This document shows positions 1 to 10,676 of a DNA stretch of 20,000 nucleotides, one piece after another (position 1 is the first letter of the stretch; each line of letters begins with the position of its first letter). Made by a program: the position numbers and the translations under genes. The notes beneath the pieces are model-generated. The model saw only the letters and a program-made list of their open reading frames with translations, was not told the origin of the DNA and did no database searches. The stretch lies in the NCBI RefSeq assembly GCF_004010195.1, contig NC_057718.1:82444844-82464843 (forward strand), given 5' to 3'. The DNA comes from Chiloscyllium plagiosum (Eukaryota).

Positions 1-424
1 CTTCCTGAAGAAATACCCAATAGGTCTTTCTAACTTCTCATTGTCTTCTTGCAAGAGCACAGCACTGACACTCACTACTGTGATAGTAACAACTCTTTCA
101 GGCATTTCAATTTTTCTCAGGAAGGTAACACAATTTTTGACAACTTCCTCATTGTCCAATTCAATTTGAGGAATGTGTTATTCAGAACCCTCTGAACTTG
201 GTTCTTCTCTCTGTGTTATAATCAATAACCCATTCTCCTCTTGCTTTTCTTCCCTGACAAAATATCTTTTGAGCATATTCACATGGCACACTCTGTGAGA
301 TTTCTTTCTGTCTGGAGTCCCTATCGAGGTGATAAAATCCACTAAAACCGTGCTTTTAAAGGTTCACCTATTACTGCAAGTAACACTAGTACCTTATCCC
401 CAATAGAAAAATTGCAAATTTTGG

Positions 425-777
425 GAGTTAGAATCCCTAAAGTGTGGAAAAAGGCCATTTGGCCCAACATGTCCATGCTAACACTCAGAAGAGCATTCCC
501 ACCAGACTCATTCCCCTATCCTACTATTTTATATTTCCCCTGACTAATGCACCTAACTTACACATCCCCAAACACCATGGGCAATTTAACATGACCATTT
601 CATCTGACCTGCACATCTTTGGACTGTGGGAGGACATCAGAGCACTTGGAGGAAACCGATGCAGACACGGGAAGAATGTGCAAACTCCACATAGACAGTT
701 GCCTGAGGCTGGAATCGAGCCTGGGTCCCTGGCGCTGTGAGGCAGCAGTGCTAACCACTGAGCCACCGTGCTGCCCC
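425..777 (-). mobile_element. HE1-type tRNA-derived SINE inserted in the integrase C-terminal region
   Basis: Minus-strand head GGGGCAGCACGGTGGCTCAGTGG (A box) and GGCTCGATTCC (B box). Body matches the copies at 1921, 5401 and 12803. The integrase-like reading continues on both sides (..EADKK / ICNFSIGDKV). Confidence 0.92.
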
Positions 778-1920
778 ACAGTTTCTTGTCTGCTTCGTGT
801 TTCATTGTATGCTGTGATACTTCTAAATACTGTCTAGCTAACTCCCCAGTTCTATTGAATCGTTCCCTAAAATTTGACACATAGTCAAAATACGTGGTCT
901 CTGAATTGTGATTTACCAATTTCTCCTTAATCAATTTTAATAGTCCTTTGACTTCATGCCTAAAACTAATTCAAGTGGATTCTTTTTAGCTGTGATATTA
1001 TGTAATGGAACGGCCTCTGGAAATCAAGTCGACACATTCATTATTGTGAACAAATATGGATTCCAACTCTTTGTTTGAGGTAGGGGACCTATGCTATCAA
1101 TTAAGACTCTTGTAAAAGCTCCTCAAATGCAGGAAAATATATGAAAAGTGTGAGTTTTATTATTGCCTGTGGTTTTCCAATTACCTGACGTATGACATGT
1201 CTAGTAATTCAACTACATCCTTGTGCAGTCCAGGCCAGTAAAAATGTTGTTGTATTTTAGCCTGTGTTTTCCTTCCTCCTAAATGACCCCCAAGTGGTAG
1301 CTCATGTACCACTCACAACAATTCCTTTTCATAACCCACAGGAAATACAACTTGATGAACTTCTGTCCATATCTCATCCACCTGAATATGTGTTGTTCTC
1401 CATTTCCTCATTAAGACATCATTTTTAAGATAATAACATTTAGGGATACATTCGGATTCCTTTTCTATGTATGCCTTTTGATACAATTGCTTTAAATTTT
1501 CATTTTTCTGCTGTACCTCAGTTAATTTATCTGAGCCAAAGATGTCTGCTTTGTCATTTATCTGCTCATAGTTTGTCTCCATGATCTGATCAAACAGGGT
1601 CTCTGCTAATTCCACTTCAACCTTCTTATCTGTACTCTTTGACCTCTCCTGTTTCAGCTAGTGACTTTTTGGCCTCGTTACCACACAGTCGGAAAAAACT
1701 CCCAGGATACGTGTCCTGCATTATTTCAGTTGCCTGAATTTCTACTGGCTTTTCAACCATAGTAGGCAGCACTCCTACCTGTGAACCAGCTATATCATTA
1801 GCAAGGTCAGGTGAGAGTTTGTCCAGTACCCTTGCCATGACTTCTCCACTCCTCACTGGACACTCTAACCTCACTTTACGTAGTTGAGATCATTTTGTCT
1901 GACCATGAATTACTGTTTCT

Positions 1921-2252
1921 TTTAGATTAGATTCCCTCCAGTATGGGGACAGGCCATTTGGCCCAACAAGTCCACACTATCCCTCTGAAGAGTAACCCAC
2001 CCAGACCCATTCTCCTACCCTATATTTACCCCTGACTAATGCACCTAACACGATGGGCAATTTAGCATGGCCAATTCACCTAACGCGCACATCTTTAGAT
2101 TGCGGGAGGAAACTGGAGTACCTTGAGGAAACCCACGCAGACACAGGGAGAATGTGCAAACTCCACACGGACAGTCACCCAAGTGGGAATTGAACCCGGG
2201 TCTCTGGCCCTGTGGGGGCAGCAGTGCTAACCAGTGATCCACTGTGCCACCC
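1921..2252 (-). mobile_element. HE1-type SINE inserted in the protease region
   Basis: Same family, B box GGTTCAATTCC on the minus strand. Probable TSD tactgtttct (1911-1920) / tactctttct (2256-2265). Confidence 0.92.
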
Positions 2253-3338
2253 TAGTACTCTTTCTAGCAAAAGTCCTTCAGAAGTGCATATCTCTTTATC
2301 TTTTGGCATTGCAGACTGAGAGGATCCTGTGTCTCTTACTATTGTAGCCTCTTTACCTACTGCTGCTGTGCGAATAAACTTTACCTTCACAGGTATATGG
2401 TTTAAGAAGATCATGCATTTCCTTCTTAACCAACCTCCGACTAGGTTGTACATTCTGGTGCAGCTTTTTAGCCTCCACTGTGCTTTCTGTTGTCACTCCA
2501 ACAAATTCACTGGCTTATTCTTTTTTCCTACATCTGGCTTCCCAGTGCTTCTCCTAACTCACCAACACCATGATTTCATGTGGCCTACTTTATTGCAGTG
2601 AAAACACTAGAGCTTCTTAACTTCTCTGTCCCCTCCAAGGGTTTCCTTTTTACCCTGTGATAAGTTATCCATTATGATCTTCATCGAGATCTATTTTTTC
2701 TTTTCCACATGAGGATTTCTCTTTTTCCCAATTTCTGTCCCTCACGGATTCAAATTGATTCTGGAAGCCAAACTTTGCTGTATGGGCCAACTCATAATTG
2801 TCAGCCATTTTGGCTGCTAATCTTGCCATTTTAACTCTTTACTCTTTCACATGAGTTCTCCCTACTGCAGAAAGTAATTTTTTGAACTCCTGTCTAAATG
2901 CCAATTTCTGAAGTTTGAACTCTCTCTTTTTCTCTCTCTTCTGCTTTTAATTGTAATTCCTTTTCCTTTGCCTCTAACCCCAAGCTGCTACATTTTCAAT
3001 TGAATTTTAGCCATCTCTAAAGATTCTGATGGCATTTCCAGCATAATTAAATGCTGAGCTACTATTGTAATTATCTTTCCTTTCCTCACGGAAGGAGGCA
3101 GCTCTGACTCCAGCTCGTCTGCTAATTCTCACAGCTTGGCCTTAACCACTTTTTGTAAAACCCCTAAGGTCACTGCTTCCATCCCCCAGAAAACTCTTTG
3201 TAACTGAAAGAGCCATTGCTATCCTGAGCACTGTTTAAAACCAACCGAATCAAAACCCGGAACAAAAGACACCAACACCTACCAGTCGCTGCCTTCGAGT
3301 CCAACAACTCTAATCCCAATTTGGAACTACAGAAAAAA

Positions 3339-3357
3339 GTCCCACAATGAGCCTCCA
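3339..3357 (-). promoter_or_regulatory. Degenerate primer-binding site, possibly tRNA-Pro
   Basis: Minus strand TGGAGGCTCATTGTGGGAC resembles the tRNA-Pro PBS TGGGGGCTCGTCCGGGAT and starts 4 nt after the LTR end. Confidence 0.5.
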
Positions 3358-3360
3358 ATC

Positions 3361-3440
3361 TGTTATGGACCAGGCCAGACTCCCTCTAAACATTTAAAGA
3401 AGGCAGCCCAGACCCTAACTTTGCTAGTTGTTTTAAGCAG
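3361..3440 (-). repeat. 3' part of the 5' LTR of the Gmr1-like element (extent uncertain)
   Basis: On the minus strand the sequence ends ..CATAACA (canonical CA end) at 3361 and is followed within a few bases by a primer-binding-site (PBS)-like motif. Confidence 0.55.
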
Positions 3441-3515
3441 GAGAGATATTCATTCTTGATGTCATTTGGGTGATATAGATGTTGACATATGCTGCTTGGC
3501 ATTTCCAGAGGAGTA

Positions 3516-3714
3516 AGTGAGGTCTGCAGATGCTGGAGATCAGAGCTGAAAATGTGTTGCTGGAAAAGCGCAGCAGGTCAGGCAGCATCCAGGGAACAGG
3601 AGAATCGATGTTTCGGGCATAAGCCTTCCTGAAGAAGGGCTTATGCCCAAAATGTCGATTCTCCTGTTCCCTGGATGCTGCCTGACCTGCTGCGCTTTTC
3701 CAGCAACACATTTT
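3516..3714 (-). mobile_element. Short Penelope-like (pseudo-LTR-derived) fold-back element with hammerhead-like core
   Basis: Near-perfect inverted arms 3547-3628 / 3634-3716, unpaired ~30-nt tail 3516-3546, and an exact 16-bp flanking direct repeat catttccagaggagta (3500-3515, 3715-3730). Confidence 0.8.
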
Positions 3715-4434
3715 CATTTCCAGAGGAGTATCAATGCATGTTCTCTCATCAGACAATAGTCAGTGGTATTCCCAAAGTGGAAGCTATTATTGACATGCTT
3801 CTGATCACTGTAGTATTTATCAAGTTTTAGGAAACTGTTGTAACCAATCCCCTCATTTTAAATGGCAAGAACGTTGATGAAATATGATTTAATTATTAAA
3901 TCCAACTTGAGTAGTTTAATGACAGATAGGAATGTCTTCACCTTCAAGGCACTATATCATTTTGAACACATTCAATTATTTCCAGTAATCTTGATAGCTC
4001 ATTTCCACTATGTAAAGTTGAGTTAAACTCAAAAATGACTGAAGTGATTGAACTTGAATTCACTAAATTCATTTTTTTCTCTCCTTTCTTGTCTCTGAGC
4101 TTTTAGAAGTAAATTGTTTTCTATTCTGGTTGTATTGTTTTCAGTTAATTCCATGAAATTACAAAGGATTGCAATACTAAACAATCATTTGGTTCAACCA
4201 TACAACTTGGAAAGGAGATTGTATTTAATTTAAGATTGCATTTACAATGTCCCCATTTACTATGGTCATTTTGACAAATGGAAGCAGAACTCACTATCAT
4301 AGAAATTTTATAACACAGGAGGAAGTTACTTAGCTTATTGTCTCTGCACTGAGTGACAGGGAGAAGCACAATTGAATTCAAACTCAGGATCTCCTGTTTT
4401 ACTAGGCAAGAACTATAACTCACCAAGGCGTGGC

Positions 4435-5335
4435 TCAGTAAGTTTGCAGATGACACCAAAATTGGAGGTGTAGTGGACAGCGAAGGAGGTTACCTCAGAT
4501 TACAATGGGATCTGAACCAGATAGGCCGATGGGCTGAGGAGTGGCAGATGGAGGTTAATTTAGGTAAATGTGAGCTGTTGCATTTTGGGAAAGCAAACCT
4601 TAGCAGGACTTATACACTTAATGGTAAGATCCTAGGGAGTGTTGCTGAACAAAGAGACCTTCGAGTGCAGGTTCATAGCTCCTTGAAGGTGGAGTCGCAG
4701 ATAGATAGGATAGTGACGAAGGCGATTGGTATGCTTTCTTTTATTGGTCAGAGTATTGAGTACAGGAGTTGGTAGTATTGAGTACAGGACATTGGTTAGG
4801 CCACTTTTGGAATATTGCATGCAATTCTGGTCTCCTTCCTATCAGAAAGATGTGAAACTTGAAAGGATTCAGAAAGGATTTACAAGGATGTTGCCAGGGC
4901 TGGAGGATTTGAGCTAAAGGGAGAGGTTTTCCCTGGAACGTCAGAGGCTTAGGGGTGACCTTGTAGAGATTTATAAAATCATGACGAGCATGGATAGGAT
5001 AAATAGACAAAGGTTTTGCCCTGGGGTGGGAGAATCCAGAACTAGAGGGCATAGGTTTAAGGTGAGAGGGGAAAGATATAAAAGAGACCTAAGAGGCAAC
5101 TTTTTCACGCAGAGATTGATATATGTATGGAATGAGCTGCCAGAGGAAGTGGTGGAGGCTGGTACAATTGCAACATTTAAAAGGCATCTAGATGGATATA
5201 TAAATAGGAAGGGTTTGGAGGGATATGGGCCAGGTGCTGGCAGGTGGGTCTAGATTGGATTGGGATATCTGGTTGGCATGGACTGAGTTGGACCGAATGG
5301 TCTGTTTTCATGCTGTACATCTCTATGACTCTATG
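4435..5335 (+). mobile_element. 5'-truncated CR1-clade LINE (HER1-like), RT C-terminal half plus 3' UTR
   Basis: SKFADDTKIGGVVDSEGGYLRLQWDL..W; YRTLVRPLLEYCMQFWSP; RTRGHRFKV..RGNFFTQR..WNELP; 3' tail ctctatgactctatg. Confidence 0.95.
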
Positions 5336-6300
5336 GATGATCTGCGACTCTATGGAGACACACTGGAAGAAGCCATTGCAGACCATGATCAGGACTTATT
5401 GGGCAGAACAGTAACTCAGTGGTTATCATTGTTGCCTTTCACTGCCAGGAACCCGAGTTCTATTCCACCCTCAGATGACTGTGTGGAGTGTGCATGTTCT
5501 CCCTGTGTCTGCATGGATTTCCTCCGACAGTCTGAAGATATGCAAGTTAGATGGATTGGCCATGGGAAATGCAGGGTTACAGGGATTGGGTAGGGAAAAT
5601 TGGTTTGAATGGGATTTCTTCAGCGGGTCAGTGTGGACAGGATGGGCCAAATAGCCTGCTTCCACACTATAGGGACTGTATGAAGTCAAGTACAGTTCAA
5701 AGGACTTTGTCCAGATCCTAACAAGGTAAGGGCTGTACATATATTGCAGCAACTGACAGATGTGAAAGCCGTGCAACAACTGGATTTGTAAACGGCTTTG
5801 TGAAGTTCTTGCTTAATTTATCATCAGAGTGTGAGCCTTTAAGCAAACCCAGCACTCAGGACATACAATGGTATGGGCGCTGAGCAAGAAGAAGCTTTCA
5901 CTAGAATCAAGCAACTAGTGATGAAAATGCTAGTGCTGAGGAATTAAGACGTCACTAATGAAGTTGCCTTGCAATGTGACACTGATGAGACAAGACTCAG
6001 AGAAATCCTTATGGACAACCACATACATTTACAGTCAGTGTCAAATGAACATTGTTACACTCAGATAAAGCGCTTGTCTATTGTCTTTGCTTGTGAGCAT
6101 GTTAATCAACATCTGGTTAGGAGAGACGGAGTCAAAGTTAAAACAAACCATTAGCCACTTCAAAGCATCTTACTCACATCTGCTCTATCTGTTTCAAAGC
6201 ATCCACAAAGAATGTTACTTTGCTTGCAGAGATATCATCCGAACATGGCATATAGTAAAAAGAAATCCACATACGTGCAAATGTGCTGTTGAGAGCAGCA
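5334..6300 (+). mobile_element. Decayed Gypsy pol fragment (RT C-terminus and RNase H), interrupted by a SINE
   Basis: MDDLRLYGDTLEEAIADHDQDL (RT DD region), then after the SINE GLCPDPNKVRAV, AEQEEAFTRIKQLV, VALQCDTDETRL (RNase H, cf. LQCDAS) and IVFACEHVNQHL..VKTNH*PL (cf. TDHKPL). Confidence 0.85.
5401..5682 (+). mobile_element. HE1-type SINE, more diverged copy
   Basis: Head gggcagaacagtaactcagtgg, B-box-like gagttctattcc, body gtgtggagtgtgcatgttctccc, and CR1-like tail gcctgcttccacactataggga. Confidence 0.88.
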
Positions 6301-6699
6301 CTCCCAAGGAAGAAAGTTGAAGATGTGAAGATAGAGTCTGGAATCTTCCAAACAGAACCAGAAGTAAACACTTGACTTGCTTTGGAACCCCTTAACCCAG
6401 CAGAGACCTTGGGCTGAAATTTAGCAGAGATCAGCTAATTGTCAGTTTTGATGAGTTTCATGGAGGGTTCTTGGCTGTGAGCCCTGGAAGGTTTTCTCAT
6501 GCTATCACCTGCAACTCATGTCATTGTCAATGCACCATGTGTACACAATGCCTTGTTTATCCTATCGACCCTCTCTCTACAGGCAGAGGTACTGCCCACT
6601 ACTGAAACCTCCCAGGATTTCCAACACATTTTTATAGCTCACCATGTACCCAGGTCAAGCATTGCCAGGCAGAACAATGACCTTCACTGTGCCCATTGT

Positions 6700-6861
6700 A
6701 GGAGTAGTCAGCTCAGTTGGCTGGACGTCAGAGTGACACCAACAGGGTGGGATCAATTCCCGCTGCAGCTGAGATTACCATAAAGGACTCTTCTCCTCAA
6801 CCTTTCTCCTGAGTGGTGACCCTGTTGTTGAACCACCTCCAGTCAATTCTCTCTAATGAGC
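6700..6861 (+). mobile_element. tRNA-derived SINE fragment, not HE1 family
   Basis: A-box-like AGCTCAGTTGG (6710-6720) and B-box-like GGATCAATTCC (6750-6760); the body is unlike the HE1 copies. Confidence 0.6.
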
Positions 6862-7326
6862 AGAGTAGAGTAGCTGTTTATTTGTCATTACTCCCATATA
6901 CAACTGATACAGTAAAAATGAGACAGCACAGGACTGAGGGTGCTACATGGACAGCACAAACTACACACTCATACATGGCATAAAGTGCATAAGAAGTGCA
7001 AAATATGCAAGTTATAGTGTAATGGAAGAATGATAAATAATCAACATTTTTCTAGCAGCAATTCAAAGTCATGCAAAGACTTTCAGATGGGAAAGAGTCC
7101 GATTATACAGTGTTAAGGAGCCGTATGGCTCAGGGGAAGAAACTGTTGCACACTGTGGCTGTGAGAAATTGTATGCTCCAGTATGTTCTGCCAGATGGCA
7201 GGAGGGAGAGGAGTTTGAGTGAGGGGTGTGTGGTGTCTTCCACTATGCTCTTAGCCTTTCAGATGCAGCTGTGTGGTGTAATGGAGGGAAGAGAGATCCC
7301 GATGATCTTCTCAGCTGTCCTCACTC
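6862..7326 (-). mobile_element. Rex1/Babar LINE 3' fragment
   Basis: Minus-strand translation VRTAEKIIGISLPSI..KAKSIVEDTTHPSLKLLSLLPSGRTYWSI..CNSFFP*AIRLLN matches the Rex1/Babar C-terminal signature. Ends tgacaaataaac plus a short (ctact) tail. Confidence 0.88.
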
Positions 7327-7997
7327 TCCGAATGAGAGAACAACCCTATGGTCCAGTAGGACAATGGTGACTCTACCTTTTATAAGGGGTAGGGGATCAA
7401 AAAAAATGTATCTGAGGGCACATAGGTGGCACGACAGTCATTCCATTGCAAAGGCAAGTGCACATTTGTAAATGTATTGCTATTTAAGAACCAAGTGTAG
7501 AAAGGTTACCCAGCCTTAGCATTGTCCTATCTTAGAGCCCTGTTTAAAGGGACTGTTACTCTTACACACTCAGCGCACCCTAACCTTTTCTCACTGTTCA
7601 ATGTGGGAGCATCACATACTGGACATCTTTCAAATGGTTAAAACTATTCACTTTTATTTAGCAGCAGTAAAAGTGAAGGAAAGCTGCATTTGTTTCCGGG
7701 AACAAACAATAACTGCTTGCTTTTGACCAGCAACAAATTTATGGTCAATGAATGAACACTCCACCCAACTCACATCCTTTGGAAGTGGCTCTCAATTGGT
7801 CGCTTCTTGTGGCTGACAGTGCTGTGCTTTGTCATACAGAAGGTGTGTTCCTCCGGCTCAATGACTTCACATTCCTCTCAGAAGGAGACTGCTGCCACTC
7901 TCCCTCTGCTTCAGTATCCATCACATAACCTCCTTGCCTGGTTGAGTGATACAAAGCTCCTCCAGCAATCTGGAAGCGGTGGTGAGAGCAGACCTTA

Positions 7998-8561
7998 CAA
8001 AATGGCGGCGCCAGCAAGATGATATCTTGGAGGACAACAGCCAGAGCAGGACACTTGGCAACTCAGCAGTAACGGCCTGGTCTGGCAGAGAAACCATGGA
8101 CACCTGGTTGCGGTAGGTCCCCAGGAGACTGGGGACTCCTTGTGTTGGCGAGGTTGCGGCTGCAATGGTGCGCCTGGAGCTGGGACTCCTGGCGTTATCG
8201 AGGCAGCAGGGGAGTCAGGGACTCCCGGTTACATGGCGAGCGTAAGTTCAGGATGGAACCTGGCATCGGCGGCAGCAACAAGGTGTGCCCAGTGGTGAAG
8301 AGATGGCATCTAAAGAGTGGCAGCTCCTAAATTGGTGGATCCAGTGCAGGCAGCGGCAAGGAGGGGGTGGCAAAGCAGGTGTCATTGGTGAGCTGGCTCA
8401 GAGCTCTCTTTTAGTTATATCTTTTATCCCTTTTATTCTTAAACTATTCAAACTGGTGCCAGGTCGTGCCAACTGCTGAAGCTTTTCACTGTATTTCATT
8501 GTGTAATTCACTGGAAAATGCAAGTGCCAATGAAATAAATCATTCACTCATTCATTCATTC
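7998..8561 (+). mobile_element. Putative non-autonomous retroposon with GC-rich body and Rex/Babar-like 3' tail
   Basis: Starts CAAAATGGCGGCG; GC-rich body with repeated gggactcc motifs; ends cttttcactgtat..aataaa(tcat)n. Confidence 0.55.
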
Positions 8562-10676
8562 TATGTACAACTAGGGAGGCTACAGGCAGCATATTAGAAT
8601 GAAGTAATTGCACTACCTACGCAGAATACAGAACAATCGTTGATCCTAGAGATTCACTGTACACTAGGAACAGCAGTTAACATGACAACAGCTGTCAAGA
8701 CAAGTATAACGCTTCCAGAAAAGCAACACTACCCTAGGAACAAGCAGATGTCAAACAAACAGCCTACAACAATGTACGCACATTCCATTAGGAACTGTGT
8801 TTCATCTAAGCTGCACAGACATGCAGCTGTTACACACGCATTGATCAACATACCAATGTCATTTTGGGCATCGACATCTGATTTTGGAAGCCATTGCAAA
8901 GTAGGGAACCTCGGAGATCTGCACAACTGAAAAAATGATCAGAGAGAGCATTGATTAGGCGACATGCTTGATTTAAGGACCAAATACGAAGTGCATCTGC
9001 AGAGACTGATGAAAGTGAAACTGATCAGAATTAATACACAGTTTTGTTAATGCACTTTTTTTGGACATACATGCAAAACTTTTAACAGCGTATAATAGCA
9101 CATGCGAATTTTTCTTTTATGAAAAGTGAGGCATTTGGAGAAATGCATTTGTTTTCAGTGTAATGGCTAGCTTGCTGCAGTCACATGATCTCTCCTGCTG
9201 CTGCAAATGCCCAGTCTATGGGAGCCATTAAACACACATCACTTTTGTTTTTGCTATTTCCTTGCTTGCTCAGTAGTGTGCAATACATTTGTCTGCAGTT
9301 ACAAACTAAAAGAAGAGATAGTGTTCTGCAACTTCTTTAAGGGCCATCTGGAGGTTCCATAAGCACATAATCAATCCATTGCTGAAGAAATCTGTCAGGT
9401 TTATTTTTTTTTGATGATGTGTATGTTTGCAGGGTATGTGGAGACATTCTTGAGGACATAAGCTGTGAAGAGTCAGCTATTTTAGCAACATAAAGCTGCA
9501 AGGGGTAAAGCAGCAAGAATTTAAAGATTTTGAAATGTAACATTATCTACTTTTACTTATTCATTTTGTACTTTCAAAAGCTGGCTGAAACAATACCATC
9601 CATCACAGTACACTGAGACACATCCGTCACTCAAACAGCACTCAAGCAAATTACAGGCAATTCACTTACGTGATTCTCCACATGGAACACTTGAGGTCAA
9701 GGCTTTAAAAGTAATTTCAAACTCAAAATCTATTCTGTCCATAAAAATCTTTAGTTAAAGACTTCTTTTGTTTCAAAAAAAACCTAATTCATTCTGTAAA
9801 TTTGCGAAACATTACAAAGTATTTCAACTTGAAAATTACAGAAGCCGTAACAATTTTCAACTTGTCTCCATGCAGTGTGACCCACTTTCAGGCACCTCAA
9901 CACGATTGTCATAGTCTTAATATTTACAACATACATTTGATGTCAGGCATACCTTCCAAGTGTGAAATATTTCAAAATTAAAATTACTGGAAGTGAAAAA
10001 GAGGTAAACTTTACTCACTGCACCATGTTCCTTTCTGAGATGTTTAATTACAACTTCAGTACTCTTTATGGCATTCCTTGTCAGGCACACAGCAAGATGG
10101 ATTCTATAGTTTCCAACCCCTCTGTAGCTGAAAAGCCGTAGACTGCAGATCTGTTCCCTGTTGTTCCTCTGTGGTAGCTGCCTCAAGCTTTAGTATGTCC
10201 CTCAACATGTGGTCTAGGGCCTTGAAAAATGCCAGTCTGCAATAGTCTACTGAGGACAACACCTTACGCTGGAAGACCAGCAAGTTGCAAGCAGCTCAAT
10301 GAGCGTCTTTCATAGTGTTAATGCTTCTCTAGCTATAGTTGCTGTTTGTCTCAGTGTGGGAACACAAGAGCCCAGAGTCCTGCATCATGAAGCTGCTCAG
10401 GCCGAACCGTGACAAAAATAAATACACCTCTCTCCAGATCATTTTTGCAAAGGCACATGATGGACACCAGTCTCTTTCCCAACCCCTTGACATCAGCATG
10501 TGTAGGGATTGAGACACGAGGCATGTATGAGGAATAAATAGAGAAGGACCCTTTTCATCAACAGCCAAGCTATGTTTTGGTGCTTGTTGTAAATCCTGGT
10601 GAAGAGATATTCTTTGACAGTCTGTCTGGTGAATCAAATTTCTCTTTCACACAAGGTCTCTGGGGTGTTATGCGAT

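Larger units (their letters stand above)
60..3440 (-). mobile_element. Decayed Gypsy LTR retrotransposon, Gmr1-like (gag, protease, integrase; RT expected further left), interrupted by two SINEs
   Basis: Minus-strand translation gives: SCAN-like gag helix (..RTHVKE*RVKMARLAAKMADNYELAH, ~2785-2890); CCHC knuckle CFHCNKVGHMKSWC (2565-2606); protease IVRDTGSSQS (~2315-2345); integrase zinc-finger region HELPLGGHLGGRKTQAKIQQHFYWPGL (~1205-1310); integrase C-terminus GDKVLVLL..LKARF..HRVCHVNMLKRY (~260-405). Many stops, frameshifts and internal deletions. Left boundary uncertain. Confidence 0.9.

Noticed and set aside
710..777. tRNA gene (also at 13045-13113 and 6700-6765)
   Set aside because: The A and B boxes belong to SINE heads; there is no complete cloverleaf or terminator.
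444..934. ORFs of 98, 136 and 72 aa as host genes
   Set aside because: They are translations of the SINE or integrase-SINE read-through. The same peptides (MCKLHxDS) recur at other SINE copies.
3547..3716. Pre-miRNA or DNA-transposon MITE
   Set aside because: The asymmetric tail, long and variable TSDs (16 vs 11 bp) and a single-arm homologue at 12005 fit a retroposed Penelope-like origin better.
4130..4330. Plus-strand exon after the acceptor-like ttgttttcag at 4144
   Set aside because: All frames close within about 30 codons and no convincing donor follows.
8660..8800. Recurrent taggaac motif (three copies)
   Set aside because: The motif is short, the spacing irregular and the flanks share nothing, which is compatible with chance.
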